From: Candidatus Omnitrophota bacterium
GTDB taxonomy: Bacteria > Omnitrophota > Gorgyraeia > Gygaellales > Profunditerraquicolaceae
DNA length: 64,000 nt
Direction: 5' to 3'
NCBI GenBank assembly: GCA_030650425.1
Contig: JAUSED010000005.1
Span: 142,932-206,931 of the forward strand
The notes under the pieces were generated by a model, which was not told the origin of the DNA, did no database searches, and was given only the letters and a program-made list of their open reading frames with translations. The position numbers were made by a program, and so were the translations under genes. The stretch's first letter is position 1; each line of letters opens with the position of its first letter. This document shows, piece by piece, positions 57,353 through 64,000 of this stretch.

Positions 57353-57390
57353 AAAACCCTCTGTGAAATTTCTTGCAGAGGGTTTTTCTT
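57353..57390 (+). terminator. Probable intrinsic terminator after glnA
   Basis: aaaaccctctg...cagagggtttttctt. Confidence 0.65.
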
Positions 57391-57410
57391 AGGTGTATTA
57401 TATATGCTCC

Positions 57411-60400
57411 ATGAATAATAGAGAAAAGTTAGAGAAATTTGGATTATACGATCCGCGTTTCGAGCATGATTCTTGCGGAGTGGGTTTTATTTGCAATGTC
57501 AAGGGAGTAAAATCCCATGAGATTGTCGCTTCCGGCATAGAGATACTTAAACGGCTGGCGCACCGCGGGGCTACCGGCGCTGATCCAAAGACAGGCGATG
57601 GTGCCGGCATACTCATACAGATGCCGCATGAATTTATGCTTAAGGCCGCAGGAGAAAATAATATTTCTCTGCCGCCAAAAGGCGCGTACGGCACAGGTCT
57701 AATTTTCCTTCCGCAGCTTGAGCCTGAGCGTAAGCTTTGTAAAGATATCTTTAGCAAGATTATCAAACAGGAGAAACAGCAATTACTTGGCTGGCGCAAA
57801 GTTCCTGTTGATAATACTGTTATAGGCAAGACAGCTCAGGAAACTCAGCCGGTGATTGAGCAGGTATTTATAGGGATTGCTTCGTCGTCCCGCCAAGGCG
57901 GGACTCCTCGCAATGACAACGATAATCTGGAATTTGAGAGAAAACTTTATTTAATCCGTAAGCAGGTTGAAAATAAAATCCGGGCATCCGCCTTAAAACA
58001 AAAATCCTTCTTCTATATTACGAATCTTTCCAGCCGCACTCTTTCCTATAAGGGTTTGCTGATGCCTGAACAGGTGGATAGTTTCTTCCCGGACTTAAAA
58101 GATCAAGATATGCGGAGTTGCTTGAGCCTAGTGCACTCGCGCTATTCCACGAATACCTTTCCTACCTGGGATTTATCCCAGCCATTTAGGTTTCTGGCGC
58201 ATAACGGAGAGATCAATACCCTGCGCGGAAATATTAATTGGATGACCGCTAGAGAGAGCCTGCTTAAAAGTAAGCATCTCGGAGACCTGAAGAAAATATT
58301 CCCGGTAATTGTCCCCGGAGGAAGCGATTCAGCCAGCATTGATAATGTTTTTGAGCTGCTTTATTTATCCGGGAGGAGCCTCCCGCACGCCATGATGATG
58401 CTTATCCCCGGCGCATGGGAGGAGAACCAGCTGCTTGATGAGAAGATAAGAGGGTTTTACCGCTTCCATACCTGTCTTATGGAGCCTTGGGACGGCCCGG
58501 CGGCAATCGCCTTTACCGACGGAACAAAGATCGGAGCGCTTTTAGACAGGAATGGCCTGCGTCCCGCGCGTTACTTGGTAACGAAGAACGATTTGGTAAT
58601 TATGGCTTCCGAGGTCGGGGTATTAGATATAAAACCGGCGGATATAGTTTATTCCGGAAGATTAGAGCCCGGAAAAATGTTTTTTATCGATACCGCGGCC
58701 GGTAAAATTATCGATGACGCTCAGGTTAAAAAAGAAGTATCCGTGATAAAGCCTTATCCGCGGTGGCTGAAAGATAATATTATAGAATTAGATAAGTTAT
58801 CAGAAAACAGAAGACAGAAAAAAGAAGACAGAAAAGGCTATAAAGGTTATCCGAAGCAAGATAGCTTAATCTTGCTGAAAGTATTCGGTTACACCCGCGA
58901 AGACTTGAAGTTTATCCTTAAGCCTATGGCCCGGGACGCTCAGGAACCGATTGGCTCAATGGGTAATGATGCTCCGCACGCGCTTTTATCCAGCAAGCCG
59001 CAGCTGCTCTTTAACTATTTTAAGCAGCTTTTCGCGCAGGTAACCAATCCGGCAATCGACCCTATCCGCGAAGAGCTGGTGATGAGCCTGCATACGTACC
59101 TGGGGCCGGAGAAAAACATCCTTGATGAAACTCCCGGGCACTGCCGCAAATTATTTATCAGGCATCCTGTCTTAAGTAACGCGGAGTTAGAGACGATCCG
59201 TAAAATAAAGAAGGCCGGATTTAAGACTAAAACAATATCGTTGCTTTTTGCAACCAAAGAGAAGGATGCTTTAGCCAAAGCAATCGCAAGGATCCGCAAG
59301 GAAACGGCTAAAGCCATAAAAGATAAATATACCTTTGTAATTTTATCCGATCGGGGGGTGGATCAAGAACATGCGGCTATCCCCAGTTTATTAGCCAGCG
59401 CGGCCCTGCACCATTATTTAGTGCGCCACTCACTGCGCACGCAGATTAGCCTGATTCTGGAGACTGCCGAGCCGCGCGAAGTGCATCACTTCGCCTTATT
59501 ATTCGCTTATGGCGCTGACTGCGTCAACCCTTATTTAGCATACGCGGCAGTGGAGAGCTTAGTGGATGATCAGGAATTGAGCATAGATAAACAGAGCGCG
59601 CTTAAACATTACCTTAAGGCGATTGATAAAGGGATTTTAAAGATCCTTTCTAAAATGGGTATTTCTACTTTACAGAGTTATCGCGGGGCGCAAATTTTTG
59701 AAGCCTTGGGGTTGAATCAAGATATGATTAACGAATATTTTAGCGGCACGGTTTCGCGGATTGGCGGAGCAGGCCTAGAGGTTATTGCTCAAGAAACCTT
59801 AATGCGCCATGAGCATGCCTTTAGCGAAACTGGCGATGGAGAGGGCCTTTTAGCCGCGGGAGGGATCTATCAATGGAAGCGCGACGGAGAATTCCATCTC
59901 TGGAATCCGGAGAGTATCGCGGCCTTACAGGATGCGGCGCGCAATAATGACGCCAAGCGCTATCAGGAATTTTCGCGGCTGATTAATGATCAGTCTGGCC
60001 AACCGGTTACCTTAAGGAGCCTTTTTAAATTTAAGCACTCTACTCCCATCCCGCTGGAAGAAGTAGAGCCGCTGGAAGAAATTATCAAACGTTTTGCCAC
60101 AGGCGCGATGAGTTTTGGCTCGATTTCCCGCGCTACGCACGAAACCATTGCCATCGCGATGAACCGCTTAGGAGGCAAGTCCAATACCGGAGAAGGGGGA
60201 GAAGATCCGGCGCGCTTTAGCCCGCTTCCTAACGGCGATTCCAAAAGAAGCGCGATCAAGCAGGTTGCCTCCGGCCGTTTTGGGGTGACCACAAATTATC
60301 TGGTGAATAGCGATGAAATACAAATTAAGATCGCTCAAGGGGCCAAACCCGGCGAGGGAGGGCAATTACCCGGGCATAAGGTAAGCGTAACTATCGCTAA

Positions 60401-61991
60401 GACCCGCTACACTACGCCCGGGGTTACTTTGATTTCTCCTCCGCCGCATCATGATATTTATTCGATCGAAGATCTGGCCCAGCTGATCTTCGATTTAAAA
60501 AACACTAATCCCGGAGCGCGGATTAGCGTGAAATTAGTCTCGGAAATCGGCGTGGGGACGATTGCCGCGGGCGTGGCAAAAGGCCATGCGGATATGATTT
60601 TAATTTCCGGCGGAGATGGAGGCACAGGGGCCTCACCGTTAAGCTCGATTAAACACGCGGGCTTGCCTTGGGAGTTAGGTATCGCTGAAACTAATCAAAC
60701 CTTAGTCCTAAATGATTTGCGCAGCCGCGTCCGTCTGCAGGCTGACGGCCAGATGCGCACAGGCAGGGATGTGGCTGTCGCCGCGCTCTTAGGCGCGGAA
60801 GAATTCGGATTTTGCACGGCGGTATTAATTACCTTAGGCTGTGTAATGCTGCGGCACTGTAATCTGAATACCTGTTCGGTGGGGATTGCCACGCAGGATG
60901 AAATGCTGGAAAAAAGATTTCAGGGCAAGCCCGAATATATTGAGAATTATTTTCGTTTTGTAGCCCAAGAGTTACGCCAGATTATGAGCGGGCTGGGCAT
61001 TAGAAGAATCGATGAACTGATCGGCCGTACTGATCTTTTAGAGCCGAATACGGCTATTCTTCCCTGGAAGGCAAAAGGAATGGATTTTTCACGCCTTTTC
61101 TACCGGCCGGCTTTAGCGGAAAATATCGGCAGGCATTGCTTGATTAAACAGAACCACGGTATTGATCAAGTTTTAGACCGTAAACTTATTGAGTTAGCCA
61201 AACCCAGCCTAAAGATGAGAGAATCAGTAAGGCATGAGCTTCCCATTAAGAATGTAAATCGTACTACCGGCGCGATGTTAAGCGGAGAAATTTGTAAGGC
61301 TTACGGAGAAGAAGGCTTGGCCGAAGATACGCTATATTTTAAATTTAAGGGTGTAGCCGGACAAAGCTTTGGCGCCTGGCTGGCCAAGGGTGTTACTTTT
61401 GAGCTGGAAGGCTTGAGTAATGATTATATAGGTAAAGGCATTTCAGGAGGTAAAATTATTGTTTATCCGGATAAAAATACGCATTATCAATCCGAAGAAA
61501 ATATTATTATCGGCAATACTACCTTTTATGGAGCGATCAGCGGCGAGGCATATATCCGCGGAGTAGCCGGAGAGAGATTCTGCATCAGGAATTCCGGGCT
61601 ATACGCGGTGGTAGAGGGAGTAGGCGACCATGCCTGTGAGTATATGACCGGAGGCCGGGTGGCCATCTTAGGCAAAACCGGCAGGAACTTTGGGGCAGGA
61701 ATGTCCGGAGGCATTGCTTATGTTTATGATCGTGATAGGCAGTTTAAATATAAATGCAATATGGGGATGGTAGAACTGGATAAACCTGACTCGCAAGACA
61801 GCGAAACAATTAAAAGGCTCCTTTCTAATCATTTCAAATACACGGCTAGCCCGTCGGCCAAAATAATTCTGGATAATTTAAGCCGGGAATTACCATATTT
61901 TGTTAAAGTTATGCCTTTGGAATACAAGAGGATCTTGGAAGAAAATAAAATGGCCAAGAAGTTGGATTTAGGGGAATATTCGGATGGGTGA
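57411..61991 (+). CDS. gltB: Glutamate synthase large subunit
   Basis: HDSCGVG, HSRYSTNT, HNGEINT, EPWDGPA, AMSFGSIS, AQGAKPGEGGQLP. Confidence 0.97.
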   Translation: MNNREKLEKFGLYDPRFEHDSCGVGFICNVKGVKSHEIVASGIEILKRLAHRGATGADPKTGDGAGILIQMPHEFMLKAAGENNISLPPKGAYGTGLIFLPQLEPERKLCKDIFSKIIKQEKQQLLGWRKVPVDNTVIGKTAQETQPVIEQVFIGIASSSRQGGTPRNDNDNLEFERKLYLIRKQVENKIRASALKQKSFFYITNLSSRTLSYKGLLMPEQVDSFFPDLKDQDMRSCLSLVHSRYSTNTFPTWDLSQPFRFLAHNGEINTLRGNINWMTARESLLKSKHLGDLKKIFPVIVPGGSDSASIDNVFELLYLSGRSLPHAMMMLIPGAWEENQLLDEKIRGFYRFHTCLMEPWDGPAAIAFTDGTKIGALLDRNGLRPARYLVTKNDLVIMASEVGVLDIKPADIVYSGRLEPGKMFFIDTAAGKIIDDAQVKKEVSVIKPYPRWLKDNIIELDKLSENRRQKKEDRKGYKGYPKQDSLILLKVFGYTREDLKFILKPMARDAQEPIGSMGNDAPHALLSSKPQLLFNYFKQLFAQVTNPAIDPIREELVMSLHTYLGPEKNILDETPGHCRKLFIRHPVLSNAELETIRKIKKAGFKTKTISLLFATKEKDALAKAIARIRKETAKAIKDKYTFVILSDRGVDQEHAAIPSLLASAALHHYLVRHSLRTQISLILETAEPREVHHFALLFAYGADCVNPYLAYAAVESLVDDQELSIDKQSALKHYLKAIDKGILKILSKMGISTLQSYRGAQIFEALGLNQDMINEYFSGTVSRIGGAGLEVIAQETLMRHEHAFSETGDGEGLLAAGGIYQWKRDGEFHLWNPESIAALQDAARNNDAKRYQEFSRLINDQSGQPVTLRSLFKFKHSTPIPLEEVEPLEEIIKRFATGAMSFGSISRATHETIAIAMNRLGGKSNTGEGGEDPARFSPLPNGDSKRSAIKQVASGRFGVTTNYLVNSDEIQIKIAQGAKPGEGGQLPGHKVSVTIAKTRYTTPGVTLISPPPHHDIYSIEDLAQLIFDLKNTNPGARISVKLVSEIGVGTIAAGVAKGHADMILISGGDGGTGASPLSSIKHAGLPWELGIAETNQTLVLNDLRSRVRLQADGQMRTGRDVAVAALLGAEEFGFCTAVLITLGCVMLRHCNLNTCSVGIATQDEMLEKRFQGKPEYIENYFRFVAQELRQIMSGLGIRRIDELIGRTDLLEPNTAILPWKAKGMDFSRLFYRPALAENIGRHCLIKQNHGIDQVLDRKLIELAKPSLKMRESVRHELPIKNVNRTTGAMLSGEICKAYGEEGLAEDTLYFKFKGVAGQSFGAWLAKGVTFELEGLSNDYIGKGISGGKIIVYPDKNTHYQSEENIIIGNTTFYGAISGEAYIRGVAGERFCIRNSGLYAVVEGVGDHACEYMTGGRVAILGKTGRNFGAGMSGGIAYVYDRDRQFKYKCNMGMVELDKPDSQDSETIKRLLSNHFKYTASPSAKIILDNLSRELPYFVKVMPLEYKRILEENKMAKKLDLGEYSDG

Positions 61992-63426
61992 TCTCAAGGG
62001 TTTTTTAAAAGTTAAGCGCAAGAAGGGTGAAGTCCGCCCGGTATGCGAGCGGCTAAAAGACTTCGCTGATGTGGTGGTCTTGCCTAAACAAGAGCATTCT
62101 GTTGAACAGGCCTCGCGTTGTATGGATTGCGGCACGCCTTTTTGCCACTGGGGCTGTCCGGTGGGAAATTACATACCAGAGTGGAACGACGCGGTATTCA
62201 ACAAAAACTGGGAAAAGGCTTTTAGATTATTGTCCGCGACGAATAATCTTCCTGAGATAACCGGAAGGATCTGTCCGGCGACTTGCGAATATGCCTGCGT
62301 TTTGGGCATCAACGATGAGCCGGTAACCATTCGCGATAATGAGCTGGCGGTTATTGAATATGCCTTTAAACACGGGATTATTAGGCCTAACCCTCCTAAA
62401 AAACGCACCCATAAAAAAATAGCGGTGATCGGCTCAGGGCCCGCGGGCCTATCCTGCGCGGATCAATTAAATAAAGCCGGACATAAAGTAACTGTTTTTG
62501 AGCGCGACGATAAGATCGGCGGAATTATGCGCTACGGCATACCTGATTTTAAGCTGGAAAAAAAGGTTTTGGACCGGAGAATAGATCTACTCAAAAAAGA
62601 AGGGATCGAATTTAAGGTTTCGGCAAAGATAGGCCGGGATTATCCCATTATAAAATTAAAGGAAGATTTTAACGCTCTGGCGCTGGCTTGCGGTTCGCGG
62701 ATTCCCCGCGATTTGGCTATTGAGGGAAGGAATTTATCGGGCGTCTATTTTGCCATGGACTATCTTGTGCAATCAAATAGGCGGGTGGCCGGAGAAAAAA
62801 TACCTCCGGATAAGCTAATCGATGCTCAAGGCAAGAAAGTAGTGGTTATCGGTGGAGGGGATACCGGAGCTGATTGTATGGGCGTGGCCCACCGCCAAGG
62901 GGCTGCCTGTGTTTCTCAGATAGAGATTATGCCAAGGCCGCAAGAGTGCCGGACAAAAGATTTTCCCTGGCCTAAGTACCCACTCATCCTGAAGACATCG
63001 ACCAGCCATGAAGAGGGAGGGGAGCGTGACTGGGCCATCCTGACTAAGAAATTTATCGGTGAGTCTGGAAAGCTAAAGAAGATACTCTGCGTCAGGGTAG
63101 AATTTAAGCAGGACGCTAAAGGTTGCCCCGCAATGCAGGAAATTAAAGGAAGCGAGTTTGAAATCGAGGCGGACTTGGTGATCCTGGCCTTGGGTTTCCT
63201 GCATCCTGAGAAAAAAGGGTTAATCGAAGAATTGGGGCTGGAATTAGACCAGCGGGGCAATGTTAAAACCAACCCGGAGTTTATGACTTCAGCTAAAGGG
63301 ATATTCTCCTGCGGTGATATGCGCCGCGGCCAATCCCTGATTGCCTGGGCCATCGCCGAAGGCCGCAAAGCCGCGCATTTCGTTGATAAATACCTGATGG
63401 GCCGAACCTTCTTACCTAATATATAG
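61984..63426 (+). CDS. gltD: Glutamate synthase small subunit
   Basis: RCMDCGTPFC, GRICPA.CE, IGSGPAG, IGGGDTG, GDMRRGQSL. Confidence 0.97.
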   Translation: MGDLKGFLKVKRKKGEVRPVCERLKDFADVVVLPKQEHSVEQASRCMDCGTPFCHWGCPVGNYIPEWNDAVFNKNWEKAFRLLSATNNLPEITGRICPATCEYACVLGINDEPVTIRDNELAVIEYAFKHGIIRPNPPKKRTHKKIAVIGSGPAGLSCADQLNKAGHKVTVFERDDKIGGIMRYGIPDFKLEKKVLDRRIDLLKKEGIEFKVSAKIGRDYPIIKLKEDFNALALACGSRIPRDLAIEGRNLSGVYFAMDYLVQSNRRVAGEKIPPDKLIDAQGKKVVVIGGGDTGADCMGVAHRQGAACVSQIEIMPRPQECRTKDFPWPKYPLILKTSTSHEEGGERDWAILTKKFIGESGKLKKILCVRVEFKQDAKGCPAMQEIKGSEFEIEADLVILALGFLHPEKKGLIEELGLELDQRGNVKTNPEFMTSAKGIFSCGDMRRGQSLIAWAIAEGRKAAHFVDKYLMGRTFLPNI

Positions 63427-63498
63427 CTAAAAAAAGTTTGCATAATTCTAAAGATAAGCTATAATCGCCTTAGATATACATTTAACATTTAGCGTCAT

Positions 63499-64000
63499 AT
63501 GGAGCGAAAACTTAAACCAATATATGTTCAGCAGCGCCTTCAGGCAAAAGGAGTCCGTTTGTTTTCTCCAGCGGACTTCAGAAGAGTCTTTGGCGTATCT
63601 TTGCGCGCGACGCAGGAGTTCATCAAGGATCATTGTGACGACCTTTTTTTAAAAATAAGAAACGGGCTTTATACGTTACGAATTGACCAGCCAAGAGAGG
63701 AAACTATCGCCAACAGGCTTTATGCGCCTAGTTACATTTCTTTTGAATACGCGCTTTCCCATTACGGTATCATTCCCGAATCCGTTTACACAATAACATC
63801 AGCGACAACGCGGATTACCCGACAGTTCGTTGTCAATAATAAGTCATTTACCTACTCCCACATTAAAAAACAGGCTTATCGCGGCTATAAAACAGAAAAA
63901 ATAGGCGGTATGACTGTTCTTATGGCCGAGCCGGAAAAGGCCCTCGTAGATTACCTTTATTTTGTCAGCCTTAAGCGAAAAACTCTTAATGAACGCCTCA
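63499..64000 (+). CDS. AbiEi-family (type IV TA) antitoxin, 3'-truncated
   Basis: Manual translation MERKLKP...IRNGLY...PSYISFEYALSHYGIIPE...ITSAT...AEPEKALVDYLY; promoter TTGCAT-16-TATAAT at 63438-63465. Confidence 0.8.
   Translation, partial: MERKLKPIYVQQRLQAKGVRLFSPADFRRVFGVSLRATQEFIKDHCDDLFLKIRNGLYTLRIDQPREETIANRLYAPSYISFEYALSHYGIIPESVYTITSATTRITRQFVVNNKSFTYSHIKKQAYRGYKTEKIGGMTVLMAEPEKALVDYLYFVSLKRKTLNERL

Noticed and set aside
60626-60640. GASPL in GltB resembling the junction peptide
   Set aside because: Part of the conserved GGTGASP motif of glutamate synthases
28453-63633. Minus-strand and alternative-frame ORFs over housekeeping genes (e.g. 39140-39631, 57398-57829, 62916-63443)
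   Set aside because: Antisense shadows of well-supported genes, with no recognisable domains

Overview
Bacterial genomic window, probably from Candidatus Omnitrophota (inferred from the giant gene, PilZ genes and neighbouring gene content; not verified). The first 28.4 kb is the 3' part of one giant + strand ORF (>9,450 codons, frame open to the left edge). It is built from unrelated modules: PfkB kinase, two PEP/pyruvate-binding ATP-grasp domains, a duplicated histidine kinase, REC, S1, several SAM methyltransferases, HD, Cys-His catalytic-like, HEAT/ARM and a membrane module. The modules are separated by an in-frame junction motif that is conserved as DNA (GCCGCCTCGCCG, 17 exact copies by manual count) and as peptide ([AS][AS]SP[VL]). 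Four of the units between junctions are complete antisense operons with their own sigma70 promoters: three PIN-type toxin-antitoxin pairs and one set of tiny membrane peptides. The giant frame reads through all four without a stop, and also through REP-like palindromes and other intergenic-type DNA. This looks like a cassette-accreting giant polyprotein locus, integron-like in logic but with no attC sites or integrase seen. The remaining 35 kb is mostly housekeeping: two PilZ genes, a sugar ABC/GH-A glycoside hydrolase/CBM/ROK/LacI cluster, nrdJ with tandem NrdR boxes, apgM, mnmG, a QueG-like gene, greA, Lrp plus aminotransferase, an ANTAR regulator with a candidate antitermination leader before amtB-glnK-glnA(III)-gltBD, and a partial AbiEi antitoxin. 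All counts and coordinates were read by eye.
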